From: the human T2T-CHM13v2.0 reference genome, Homo sapiens
Assembly (NCBI RefSeq): GCF_009914755.1
Contig: NC_060927.1
Direction: 5' to 3' (one strand)
DNA length: 64,000 nt
Shown here: positions 1-15,335 of the stretch, piece by piece
How positions within the stretch are numbered: the first letter of the stretch is position 1
Layout of the letters: each line of letters opens with the position of its first letter
The notes under the pieces: generated by a model
What the model saw: only the letters and a program-made list of their open reading frames with translations
Databases searched by the model: none
What the model was told of the DNA's origin: nothing
Made by a program: the position numbers and the translations under genes

Positions 1-852
1 GACATAGATGTACCATAGTTTAACTCATCCATAAAGAAAATGTGAGTTGTTCCCAATTTGGAGCTATTCCAAATAAAACTACTGTGAACATTTACACAAG
101 TTTTTGTGTGAACATTAGCTTTCATTCCTCTGGGATAAATGCCCAAGAGTACAATGGCTGGGTTGTATGGGAGACTCATATTTAGTTTTTTAAGAAACTG
201 TCAAACTGTTTTCTAAGGCAGCTGTAGCGTTTTACCTTTTTACATTCCTAGCATCAATGTACAAAAGATCCAATTTCTCAGCATCTCCCCTAGCACTTAG
301 TGTTATCACTATTTTTTTATTTTAGCCACTCTGCTAGATAGATGGTGGTATCTCATTGTAGTTTAAATTCACATTTCCCTAATGGCAACTGATAGTGAAC
401 ATCTTATCACCTATTCATGACTTTTGCCCTTTGTTAATTGGGTGTTTGATTCTTTATTCTTGATATTTGAAAGTTCTTTAAATAGTCTAGATACGCCTTA
501 GATATATAGTTTTGCAAATATTTTCTCCCAGTCTGTAGCTTGCCTTTTCATCCATTTTACTGAGTCTTTTGAAGAGAAAAAAAAGTTAATTTTGATGAAG
601 TCCAATTACTGGTTTTAGCTCTTAGCAATCGTGCTGTGGTGGCAAGAACAAAAAACTCTTTGCTGAAACACGTGTCCTGAAGACTTTCTCCTATATTTTT
701 TTCTAAAGGTTTTATAGTTTTATATTTTACATCTTTAATCCACTTAATTTTGGGTTTTTATATAAAATATGAGATTTAGGTAAAGGATTTTATTGTTGTT
801 TTGTTTTGCCACTGTGTATCCAATTGCTCCAGCACCATTCTTGGAAAGGCTA
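1..852 (-). mobile_element. Old L1 (L1M-type) ORF2 3' region
   Basis: Antisense L1 motifs, e.g. ggtatctcattgtagttttaaattcacatttccctaatg, ttgcaaatattttctcccagtctgtagcttg, caattgctccagcaccatt. Confidence 0.85.
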
Positions 853-1545
853 TTGTTGTCCTATGGTACTGCATGTTTAATGAACTGGTAACAAGAGAAA
901 GGCAGAGGAACTTTGTCTTGTAAGAATTAGAACCAAGGGGCTCCATAATCATCTGACATCAGTTCCGTGTTGTATCTATGGTGGTTAGAAATGTACATGA
1001 TAGGAACTCTAGGAATCTTATGGATTCCTCTTTTAGGGTCTCTGGTCAACCATGGCAACAATGTGACAATGCTGAATTATTCTCTGTTTTAGGCAGTCTT
1101 CTGCGTAGGTTCCTCTGTGTGTGCATGGTAACTGTTCAAATCTTGGACCCTTGATGATCCTTGGAGCCACTCAATACTTCCACCCCAATTTCTCAATTTC
1201 AGCCATTATACAATCAGTTATACAAGGGATACATTTGGCATACAGACTGTCCATCATTGACTGCACTAAGTCCAGTTTGGCTTTAATGGAAAAGTTGATG
1301 AAGTTGCTATCGACAAGGATGTAGTAAGGTGGGCCCAGTTGTGTGATATACTGGAAAAATAAACAGGGATGCTGTTGAGGAACTTCTCCTTTAGCACACT
1401 AGGATCTTTTTCTTTCTTTTTAGGTTTTAATCTACCCTTTTCTTTAAGCCTTTGATCTGAGACTAAGCATTCACTTCATGGTTGCAAACTTCCTTGTTTT
1501 CTTTTGCTTCCCCATGGTCACGTCATACTCTTGTTTCTTCTGGAA
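853..1545 (-). pseudogene. FCF1 (UTP24, PIN-domain rRNA-processing nuclease) processed pseudogene
   Basis: Minus strand from ATG at 1515 to TAA at 927 reads MGKQKKTRKFATMK*MLSLR...CLFFQYITQLGPPYYILVDSNFINFSIKAKLDLVQSMMDSLYAKCIPCITDCIMAEIEKLG...LPCTHRGTYAEDCL...PIMYISNHHRYNTELMSDDYGAPWF*, matching FCF1 end to end without introns. Premature TGA at codon 15 (1471-1473), frameshifts, and ATTAAA at 876-881. Confidence 0.93.
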
Positions 1546-2308
1546 TCTATTAATTGTTAGTATACAGAAATAAAATTGATTTTTTACTGAGGTATAACTG
1601 ATATACAAAAACTTGCACATATTTAATGTATACATTTTGATGAATTTTGTTTATTGATCTTGTACCCTGAAAACTTGTTGAACTCACTTATTAATTCTAG
1701 GAGTCTTTTTCAAGATTCTTCGGCATTTTCTACATAGATAATTGTGTCACCTGTAAATACAGATAGGTTTATTTCTTCTTTTCCAACGGGTATTCCTTTT
1801 ATTTCTTTCCATACCCTACACTACACTAGTTAGAACCTCCACTAAGATGTTAAATGAGATTAGTGTGAGTAGACACTCTTGCCTTGTACCCAATCTTAGG
1901 GAGAAAGGATTTAGTAATTCACTATTAAGTATGGTGCTAGCTGTAAATTTTTCATAGATGCCCTTTATCAGGTTGGGAAGATTCCCCCTCTAATCCTAGT
2001 TTGATAACTTTTTACCATGAATAAGTGCTGGTGGTTCTGTCAATTACTTTTTCTGTGTCAATCCATATGATCGTGTAATATTTAATATTTAACCTGTTTA
2101 TATGGTAAAATACATTAATTTATGTTTCAATGTTAAACAAGCCTTGCACATCTGGGATAAATTCTGCTCTGCTCATTCTCTTTATACATTGATGTATTCA
2201 ATTTGCTAATATTTTGCTGAGGAGTTTTGTGTTTACAAGAGATACTGATTGTAGTCTTTTTTGGAGAGGACTTTGTCTTAGTTTAGTATCAGGGTAATAT
2301 CACCCTCA

Positions 2309-2625
<317 letters not shown>

Positions 2626-3979
2626 TTATATAAAATTGATACTTAATTCTTCTGTAATTGTTTGGTAAAATTTTCCAGTGAAATTATCTGGGCCCAGAGT
2701 TTGCTTTTTAGGAGTATTAAATTATAAATTCAATTTCTTTAATGATTATAGGACTATTCAAGTGTTCATGTTGGTTGAGTTCTGGTAGTTTTGGAAGAAT
2801 TGGCTCATTTCTTCCAAGTTACAGAATTTATGAACATAAAATTGTTCACAGCATTCCCTTATTATTCTTTAAATGGTTGCAGATATACACTGACATCTCT
2901 TGTTTCATCCCTTATATTGATAATTTCTGTCTTCTCTCTTCTTTGTCAGTTGGATAGAGGTTTTTCAATTGTACTGATTTTTTTTCAGAGTCAGCTTTTT
3001 GTTTCATTGATTTCTCTGTATTGTTTTCCTGTTTTCAAATTCATTGATTTCTGGTTTGATCTTTATAATTCCTTCCCTTTTGCTTGTTTTGGATTAGCTT
3101 TGCAATTTTTCTAGTTTATGGAGGTGAGAACTTAGATTATTGATTTAAAATCTTTCCCTTTTACACCTTTTGTCTATAAGCTTTTGGTGTTGCAAATTTT
3201 TCTCTCAGGACAGCTTTTAGCTGTAGCCTACGTATTTTGATATGTTTTCATTTTCATTCAGTTCTATGCATTTAAAAAGCTTCCTGTGTGACTTCCTCTT
3301 GGACCCATGAGTTATCAGTGTGTTTACTTTTTAAATGTTGGAAATTTTCCTATTGTCGTTCTCTTATTGATTTCTAGTTTGATTCTATTGTTATTAGAGA
3401 ACAATGTTCTATACTATTTCAATTCTTTTAATATTTCTTGAAGTTGCTTTGGTGGCCTAGGAGTCAGTCTATTAGTGGTGAGTGTTCCATGGGCACTGGA
3501 AAAAAAAATGCGTATTCTGTTGTTGTGTGAAGTGCTCTCTATCAATTATATTCTGTTGGTTGAGTGTATTGTTCAATTTTTCTATATTCTTGATTTTTTC
3601 GTCTAGTTGTTCTATTAATTCCTAAGTGGGAAAGCCCCAACTATCATTGTTGATTTGTCTATTTATCTTTTTAGCTCTATCATTTTTTTTTTTTTTTTTG
3701 CTTCATGTATTTTGAGGTCGTGTTGTTTAGAATGCATACATTTAAAATAGTTATGTCATTTCAGTGGATAGATCTTTTAATCATTAGGTAATGTCCCTCT
3801 CTGCCTCTGGTAATTTTCCCTGCTCTGAAGTGTACTTTATCTGATATTAATATAACCACTCCTGCTTTTAAAAATATTTTCATGATATACATTTTTCTTC
3901 CTTTTACTTTCACCTGCCTATATCATTATATTTGAGGTTTCTTGTAGATAGCATGCTGTTGGATCATGTTTTGTTACTC

Positions 3980-4403
3980 TGCTATGGTTTGAATGTGTTC
4001 CCCAAAAAGCATATGTTGGAAAATTAACCCCCGAGTTCAACAGTGTTGGGAGGTGGAACCTTTAAGAGGTGAGTAAGCCATGATGGTTCTACCCTCATAA
4101 ATGGATTAATTCTGCCACAGAGGGAGTAGAGTCATTATCACAGGATTAGATTCCTTATAAAAGGACAAGTTTGGGCTCCCTGCTGCATATGTGCATGTGC
4201 TCAGGCTCTCTCTCTCGCCCTCTTGCACTTCCTTCATGTGATGCCTTCTGGCATATTATGACACAGCAAGAAGGCCCTTGACAGATGCCAGCTACCTGAT
4301 TCAGACTTCCAAACCTGCAGAACTGTGAGTCAATACATTTCTGTTCATTATAAATTGCTTAGCCTCTGGTATTATGTTATAGCAGCACAAAATGGACTAA
4401 GAA
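3980..4403 (+). mobile_element. MaLR solo LTR (MST family)
   Basis: Starts tgctatggtttgaatgtg, ends tgttatagcagcacaaaatggactaaga; contains ccagaactgtgag-like motif. Confidence 0.85.
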
Positions 4404-4429
4404 CTCTAATCATCTATATTTTTAAAAAA

Positions 4430-6005
4430 TGATTTCAACTTTTATTTTAGATTCAGGGGTTATATTTGCAGGTTTGTTACCTGGGTATATTGCATGACGC
4501 CAAGGTTTGGGGTATCATTGCTCCCGTCACCCAGGTACTGAATATAGCACTCAATAGTTAGTTTTCCAACTCTTGCCACCCTCTCTTTCTTTCCAATCTA
4601 GTAGTCCCCAGTGTCTATTTTTGCCATCTTTATGTCCACGAATACCCAGTGTTTAGCTCCCATTTATAAGTGAGAGCCTGAGGCATTTGGTTTTGACCCT
4701 GTGTTAATTCACTTAGGATAATGGCCTCCAACTCCATCCATGTTGCTGCAAAGGACATAATTTCATTCTTTTTTATGGATGTGTATTATTTTACGCTGTA
4801 TATGTATCATATTTTCTTTATCCAATCCACTGTTGATGGGCACCTAGGTTGACTCCATGTCTCTGCTATTGTGAATAGTGCTGCAGTGAACATACAAGTG
4901 CATGTGTCTTTTTGGAAGAACAATTTGTTTTCTCTTGGATATATATCCACTAATGAGACTGCTGAGTCAAACAGTAATTCTGCTTTAAGTTGAGAATTCT
5001 CCAAATGGCTTTCCACAATGGCTGAACTAATTTACTTTACCACCAACAGTGTATAAGCATCCTCTTTTCTCCACAGTCTCACCAGCGTCTGTTTTTTGAC
5101 ATTTTAATAACAGCTACTCTGAATGGTGTGAGATGGTATCTCATTGTGGTTTTGATTTCCATTTCTCTGATGACTAATTATGTGGAGCACTTTTTCATAT
5201 GCTTCTTGGCCGCTTGTATGTCTTCTTTTAAGAAATGTCTGTTCAAGTCTTCTGCCCATTTTTTAATGAGTTTTTTTTTTGTTTGTTTTTTGTTTTGCTT
5301 TTTCAATTGTTTAAGTTCTTTACAGATTCTGGATATTAGACCTTCATCAGATACAAAGCATGCAAATATTTTCTCCCATTCTCTAGGTTGTCCGTTTCTT
5401 TTGCTGTACTGAAGCTCTTTAGTTTAATCAGGTCCTGTCCATCAATTTTTGTTTGTGTTGCAATTGCTTTTGAGGATTTAGTCCTAAATTATTTTCCAAG
5501 ACCTATGTCCAGAGGGGTGTTTCCTAGGTTTTCTTCTAGGATTCTTACAGTTTGAGGTCCTACATTTAAATCTTTAATCCATTTTCAGCTAATTTTTGTA
5601 TATGGCAAAAGATAGTGGTCAAGTTTCATTCTTTTGCATATGGCTAGCCAGCTATTCCAGCACCATTTACTAAATAGGCAGTCCTTTCCCTGTTGCTTAC
5701 TTTTGTTGACTTTGTCAAAGATCAGGTGGCTGTAGGTGTGCAGCTTTATTTCTGGGTTCTCTATTCTGTTTCATTGGTCTATGTGTCTGTTTCTCTAACA
5801 GTACCATGCTGTTTTGGTTACTGTAATGTTATAGTATAGTTTGAAGTTGGTTAATATGATACTTCCAGCTTTGTTCATTTTGCTTAGAATTGCTTTAGCT
5901 ATTTGAGCTCTTTTTGGTTCCATACGAATTTTAGAATGGCTTTTTGTAGTTCTGTGAAAAATGTCGGTAGCTTGATAGGAATAGCGTTGAATCTGTAAAT
6001 TGGGC
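4430..6005 (-). mobile_element. 5'-truncated L1PA15/16- or L1PB-type 3' fragment
   Basis: Antisense 3' UTR (ttttattttagattcagggg...gcaggtttgttacctgggtatattgcatga) plus ORF2 C-terminal remnant (KDTCTCMFTAALFTIAETWSQPRCPSTVDWIKK). Confidence 0.85.
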
Positions 6006-7602
6006 AGTTATCTCTGTCCTATAATTGGTGCATTTAGACCATTTACATTTAAGGTAAATATTGGGGGACTAGGGCTTAAGTCTAATGTGCAATTTTATTA
6101 TGTCTTCTGTTTCCTGTTTCTCATTCTGCTCATTCTCTTTTTTCTACTTTCCTGTGGGTTACTTGAACATTCTATTTTTCCAGTGATGACCATTAAATTT
6201 ATTTTACTCCCTGATTTATTAATAGTTTCCCTGGCATAACAGGGAAGGGTACACCCAACTGCCTGAAACAACAAACTAGCATACAAATGCATGAAGCAAT
6301 GGTTCTTAAGACACTAGACATAAGATAATGAAGAACGGTTGTCCCTAAGAGATGGGACACAAATAGGGTGAGAGGTCTCCTATTTTCCCAGATTAGAGAC
6401 TTGAGCGAGTTTCCAGGCCTATGTGCAGGGAGGACAACAGAGGGGGATCCCAGTGGATTCCTTAAGTTGAGGAGACAGAGCAAAAAGTCCTGAAAGACAG
6501 CTAGAGTTGATAGGACAAGTTTATAGGACAAGGCAGCTAGAGTTGATAAGACAAAGTAACAGAGAGAAGAAAGCAGGCCGAGGCTCAATCAGGAAGAAAC
6601 AGATAACCTGGGTAGCACATTATCAATTAAAGAAAATAAATTTATGGCTAAAAACCATCCTACAAAAGAACAACAACAACAACAACAAACATACTCCAGA
6701 GCCAGATGACTTTACTGGTGAATTCTACCAAACATTTAAGGAAGAAGTAATACCAATTCTACACTGTCTTCCACAAAACTAAGAAAAAGGGAACACTTCT
6801 GAACTCATTCTCTGAGGTCAGTACTACCCTGATACCCCAACCAGACAAAGATAGTACAAAAAACAACAACAATAACAACAAAAACCCACTATAGGCCAAT
6901 AGCCCTTAAGAATATACATGCCAAAACCCTCAACAAAATAGTAGCAAACCAAATCAGCAATATATGAAAAGTATTATAGACCATTACCAAGTGGGATTTA
7001 GCCTAGGAATTCAAAATTAGTTTCACATGTGAAAATCAATCAATGTTCTATGCAATAGCAATAGAATAAAGAACAAAAACTACATGATCCTCTCAATAGT
7101 CACAAAAGCAGCATTTCACAAAACTAACTATTAAAAACATTCAACAAATTAGGAACAGAAGGGAACTTTCTCAACTGATAAAGGACATCTATGAAAAACC
7201 TATTGCTAACACTCACTGGCAAAAGAGTGAACTCCCTTCCCCTAAGATCATGAACAAAGAAAGATGTCCACTCTTCCCATATTCATCATTATAATGGAGG
7301 TTCTAGCTAGAAAAATAAATAAGAAAAATAAAAAGCACTGAAAAAGAAGTAAAACTCTATTTGCAGAAGATATAATCTTATACACAGAAAATCCTAAGGA
7401 ACCCTTTAAAGAACTTTTAGTACAAATAAACAAGTTCATCAAGGTTGCAGGGTATGAGATCGATATACAAAAATCAATTGTATTTCTATACACTAACAAT
7501 GAACAATCTGAAGTTGAAATTAAGAAAATAATTTCATTTATAATAGCATTAAAACAAATGGCATATTTAGGAATAAAAGTAGCAAAAAATAAAAAAAAAT
7601 TA

Positions 7603-8000
<398 letters not shown>

Positions 8001-8442
8001 CTATAGATTCAAAGCATTCTCTATCAAAATTATAGTTGTCTTGTTTGGCAGAAATTGGTAAGTTGATCCTAAAATTCATATGGAAATGCCAGGAACCAAG
8101 AATAGCCAAAACAACATTACAAAGGAAGAGCATGGTTGGAGGACTCCTACTTCCTAATTTTAAAATTTACTACAAAGCAACAGTAATCCAACAAATGTGG
8201 TACTGGCATAAGATAGATCTAGAGACCAATGGAATAGAATTAGGAGCCCAGACAAACCTTTACATATATATCAATTGGTTTTAACAATGGTGCCAAGACA
8301 ATTCAATAGAGGGAAAATAGTATTCTCTACAAATGGTGCTGAGACAACTGGACATATAAAAAAATGAAACTGGACCCCACATCACACCATATATAAAAAT
8401 TAACTTAAGATGGATCAAAACTTAAATGTAAGAGCTAAATGC

Positions 8443-8720
8443 AGCTGGGTGCTCTAGTCCCAGCACCTTGGGAGGCAAAGGCAAGTGGACTGCATGAGCC
8501 CAGGAGTTTGACAACAGCCTGGGGAACGTGGCGAAACCCCATCTCTACAAAAAATACAAAAATTAGCCAGACACGGGAGCACACACTTATAGTCCCAACT
8601 ACTCAGGAGGCTGACGTGAGAGGATGGATTAAGCCCAGGAGGCGGAGGTTGCAGAGAGTGGAGATCACGCCACTGCACTCTAGACTGGGTAACAGAGCAA
8701 GACTCCATCTCAAAAAAATA
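8443..8720 (+). mobile_element. AluJ-like (diverged)
   Basis: gagcccaggagtttga left arm and gaggatggattaagcccagg right arm. Confidence 0.85.
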
Positions 8721-9088
8721 CATAAATAATGTATAAAACTTATAGAAAACACAGGAGCAAGTCTTGTGACCTTAGGTTAGACAATGCTTTCTTATGTATG
8801 ATGCCAACAGCACAAGCAACAAAAGAAAAAATAGATAAACTAGACTTCATCAAAATCTAAAACTGATTTGCTATAAAGGATATAACCAAGAAAGTAAAAA
8901 GACAACCCACAAGAGAAATATTTTATAAATCTGATACCTAATAAGGGACTTGTATATACATGATATATAATATTTCTTACAACTCACTAATTTTAAAAAT
9001 AATCCAATTTTTTAATGAGCAAAGACTTTAACAGATATTTCTCCAAAGAAGGTATGAAAATAGTCAATAAGAACAGGAAAAGATGCTA

Positions 9089-9545
<457 letters not shown>

Positions 9546-10299
9546 CTAGTGGAAATGTTAATGGTGGAGGCACTCTGGAAACCAGTTCCTTTAAAAGTTA
9601 GACACAGATTTACTATATGACCCAGCTCCCAGGTATATACTGAAAAAAAGAAAGTCTATGTTTACATAACAATTTGTACACAAATGTTCATAGCAATGTT
9701 ATTCATAATAGCCAAAAAGTGAAAACAACTGAAATGTCCATCAACTGATGAATGGATACACAAATGCGATACACTCATATAATGGAATATTATTTAGGAA
9801 TAATAAGGAATGAAGCACTGATCCGTGCTATAAACATGAAAGAATCCTGAAAACATACAGCTAAGAGAACAAAAAAATCAAATTATATATTTCTATATAT
9901 ATGAAATACCCAAAATAGGCCAGTTTATAGAAATAGAAAGTAAATTAGTGATTGACTAGAGTTGTAGAGGGGAGGGAATGGGGAATGACTTTTAATGAGT
10001 ATGAGGCTGCTGTTGGGCATGATGAAAATATTCTGGAATTAGATAATGGTTGCACAATATACAAAAATATTGAATTATGTACTTTTGAGAGGTTAATTTT
10101 ATGGTATGTGAATTATCGCTCAATAAAACTGTTATAAAAAATGCTAATTGTACACAAAGTCTTCAAGAAAACTGAAAAGGAAAAATACTTTCTAATTCAT
10201 TCTCTGAGTTCAACATTGTCCTGATACCCAAACTAGACAGTCACCTACCACCAGGGACAGGGAAAAATGAAACAAAACTAGACAAAGACAGCATAAGTA

Positions 10300-10503
10300 A
10301 ATGCCATTCCCCCAAGTGTCTTTGTCTCTACGTGGCTGTCTTCTCGAAAGGACACCAGTCATATTGGATTGAGGACCCACCATATTCCAGTATAACTTCA
10401 TCTTAACTATATCTGCAAAAACACTATTTACAAATAAGGATATTCTACAGGAGTGGAGGTTAGGACTTTATCTTTTCCAGAGGACACAAGTTAACCCATA
10501 ACA
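10300..10503 (-). mobile_element. MLT1 (MaLR) LTR fragment
   Basis: aaggacaccagtcatattggattgaggacccacc...catcttaactatatctgcaaa...aacccataaca. Confidence 0.75.
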
Positions 10504-10599
10504 ATGTACCCCAAAACACAAGATCATCTCAATAGAAAAAGTATTTGACAATATCCAACATCTATTTACAATGTGAACTAGGGGTAGAAGGGAACTTCT

Positions 10600-11285
<686 letters not shown>

Positions 11286-12009
11286 GACATTCCTCAACCT
11301 GATAAAGGTTGTGTAGGAGACTGAATGCTTTCCCCTGAAATTACGAAGACAGACAGGATGTCTCCTCTCACCACTGTTTGGAAATTTCTGGCCAATGCAA
11401 TCAGCACACCCCCTACCTGAAGCTCCACCCAGTGGCATCCAGATTGGAAAAGTAGTAATACAGTAACTTTATTTGCGTAAGTCTGATCCTGTATGTAGAA
11501 AATCAGATGTAATTAACAAACAAGGTACTGGAGTCCACGAGTGAGTTTAACAAAGTTGCAGGATTCAAGGAAAAAAACACAAAATCTATTGCAATTTTCA
11601 CGTAAGTACCAATCAGATATTGAAATTAAAACAATACCAATATAATAGCATAAAAAAATTTGAAATGCTTAGGGATAAATCTGACACAGGATGAAGGACA
11701 TGTGCATGAAAAATACAAAATATTGCTGAAAGTAAAAAGGACTTAAATAAATGGAAAGCTATACCTTGTTCATTAGTTAACTTGATGTTGTTCCCAATAT
11801 TTTCCCCAAATTACTTTGTAGATTCAACACAATCTCAATACAAAATCCCCCAAGTTTTTTTTTTTTTTTGGTAGAAATTGACAAGCCATGTCAAAGTTTC
11901 ATATGGAAATGTAAAGAACATGGAATAGCCAAAGCAAATCTGAGGAGGAGCCCATAGGCTCACATAAGTCAACTGATTTCTGATAAAGGTCAATGGCAAT
12001 GCAGTTGAA

Positions 12010-12316
12010 TTTTTTTTTTTTTTTTTTTTTTTTTGAGACAGAGTCTCGCTCTGTTGCCCAGGCTGGAGTGCAGTGTCGCAATCTCTGCTTAATGCAACCT
12101 CTGCCTCCCAGGTTCAAGTGATTCTCATGCTTCGGGCTCCTAAGTAACTGGATTACAGGCATGCACCACCAAGCCCAGCTAATTTGTTGTATTTTTAGTA
12201 GAGACGGGGTTTTGCCATGTTGCCCAGGTTGGTCTCGAACTCCTGGCCTCAAGTAATCCACCTGTCTCATCCTCTCAAAGTGCTGGGATTACAGGCATGA
12301 ACCACTGTGCCTGGCC
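12010..12316 (-). mobile_element. AluS/J
   Basis: Antisense Alu dimer with a long T tract. Confidence 0.9.
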
Positions 12317-12419
12317 AAGAGAATACATTTTCAAAAAATGCTTAAATATGCAAAGCCATACACTTTTACCTTGCCCTTGCATCATGTAACAAAATAAACT
12401 GGAAAAGGATAAAAGGCCT

Positions 12420-12778
12420 TGTAGTAGTCTGTTCTCACATTACTGATAAACACATACCAGAGATTGGGTAATTTATAAGGAAAAAGAGGCTTAATGGACT
12501 TACAGCTCCACATGGCTGGGGAGGCCTCACAATCATGGCGGAAGGTGAAAGGTACATCTCACAAGGCAGCAGACAAGAGAAGAATGACAGCCACGTGAAA
12601 GGGGTTTCCCCTTAAAAAACCATCAGCTCTCGTGAGACTTACTACCAGGGGAACAGTATGGGGGAAACTGCCCCCATGATTAAATTATTTCCCACTGGGT
12701 CCCTCCCTCAACATGAGGGGATTATGGGAGCTAAAATTCAAGATGAGATTTGGGTGGGGACACAGCCAAGCCATATCA
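12420..12778 (-). mobile_element. THE1 (MaLR) solo LTR
   Basis: TG...CA ends, gggaggcctcacaatcatggcggaagg and gggacacagccaagccatatca motifs; 5-bp TSD ggcct/ggcgt. Confidence 0.9.
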
Positions 12779-13287
12779 GGCGTGAATATAAAAGCTGAAA
12801 CTATAAAATTTCTAAGAGAAAACATGGGAGAAAATATTTTTACCTTGGATTGGGGAAAGGTTTAATAGGCATAATTGCAAAAGAATGAATGACAAAAGGA
12901 AAAATTGATAAAACTGACTTCATCTAAATTAAAAATAGTTCAAAAGTCATTGTCTAGTTAATAAAATGCTCAATAAAAAGTAGATATTACCACCATTACC
13001 CTCCTCATCACAAAGTGTACCTTTAATGGAGATCCATAAAAAAGTATTCTTTCAAACCCTTAACCAGAAAATCTTTCTTGCCCCATGGAACCGTCTTTTT
13101 TGTTTTCTTTTCCTCCTCCTTTCTGGGCAATGTACATCTTATAAATAATTATATTTTCTTTTTTGTCTGGGAACCAGAACTCCCCAAATCAAAACTATGG
13201 CCCAACTTTGGTAATTATATTAGACTCCTTTTTCTAGAAACTTCACCCTATATTATTTCCATTGCTTTCTTCATGCTTCCCACTTTA

Positions 13288-13728
<441 letters not shown>

Positions 13729-14929
13729 ACTTTATTGCAAGCACTCTTATTAGCCACCTCAAATGCTTTATGGGAGAGATGATATATAAGTGAATACACA
13801 CATACAACTTGGAAATACTTCATAGTAAACTTACATTTGAATTTTAAAAACTGTTTTACAACAATTTAAAATCACAGTTGTGTTGTATTTACTTTCCGTT
13901 ATCCAATCTACACAATATAATGCATTTCAAAATCTTTCACATTTTATATTCTATTTTAAAAATAATGCCTGGTTCAGTGCTTTGTCAAAAAGTATATGAA
14001 AAATATTTACTTTCAGAAAAGATATTAACTAGCCAAGAAAGAAAAAAATAATCACTTACTTTTATACTACCAAAAAGCACTTGAAGAATAGACTCGTCTA
14101 TTTTGTTAGGACACCTTTAACAAAAGATTTCCCATTAGGCCACCAATACTGTTCCACTTCACTTTCATATATCACTCCTGCCCAAACTCAGCTGAAGAGG
14201 CAGCAGAAAATATCATTAAGCTGATGAATGGTGGTAATTCCAGATGACACAGCTCAAGGAAACACTATTGCGCAGGGCCTTGACACCGTCCCCTTTCTCT
14301 TGAGAAGGATACTTGGTCTCCTTTGATCCCAGGTACACTATATTTTTAAATGTGGGAATTTAGAAGGCAGAAAACCTGCCACCATTTTTACTAATTTAGT
14401 TTTGAGTCCACATATCACAGAATAGAGTACCAGGGTGTTAAAAAAGAAATGTAAAAACAAGTTGAAAATCACAGATAGGTAAGCTCAACCTTGCCTTCTG
14501 GGCCTCCTGCACTGCCCTAATTAACTTTCCTAAGGCTCTTTCCATGTACATTATGAACGGACAGTTTCATGTCAATAACAAAAGAAGCGGAAAGCATCAC
14601 TCATTTAAAAAGTCAAAATAGGAGATTTAAACAATTCTACTGAAGCAGCAAGGTTTCGGAAACCACAGAGGATAAATGTGTTAACAGTGAATGCTAGGAT
14701 GCTGAGTTCTGTAGAAAAGCTCTGGCCTGATCCTGTCTTTTCTGCTCTCCCTACTTTAGACATTCAGGTGGATTCTGTCACCACTGGATGAGAGACATGG
14801 GTTTGAGACAGCCACCCAAGAAGTAACCAATGCTCCACTATGCTCCTACAATCTTGTGCCCCTACAAACCTGTGCCCCTACAATCCATTTTCCCCATCTC
14901 ACCAGCACCCCACCTCTGCCCCTTGCTCA

Positions 14930-15335
14930 TTAAGCCTAAACACTGGCCTTCCCTCACTCCTCTAAACTTATCAAGCACGGTGCCGCTCAGGGTATTTGCA
15001 TCTGCAATCTCCTCTGCCTGGGGTATTCACTGCCTATTTTCAAAAGGGTGCCTCCACATAAATCACGGCTCAGTTCAAAGGTCACCTCCTAAGAGAGTTC
15101 TTCCCTGGCCTCCTAATATAAAGATCTTCATCTTATTCCCACTCTGCCTTTCCCAACACCAAAGCCACTCTTCAATGCAGTAAGACCTCTTCCTCTTCAC
15201 TATTCAGATCACTCGTCACTCCTAGAAATGACCATGTCTATTCATTTGTCTCAGCCCATGGAAGCCGACTCTCCGCCTGTCTTATGTACCTGGTAGACAG
15301 CACCCAGCAAATAATGTGCCAAATAAGTGTGTCAG
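14930..15335. mobile_element. L2 fragment
   Basis: ctcagggtatttgcatctgcaatctcctctgcctgg...ctcagttcaaaggtcacctcctaagagag, typical of L2 3' region. Confidence 0.55.

Noticed and set aside
1121-1324. 67-aa plus-strand ORF
   Set aside because: Antisense shadow of the FCF1 pseudogene.
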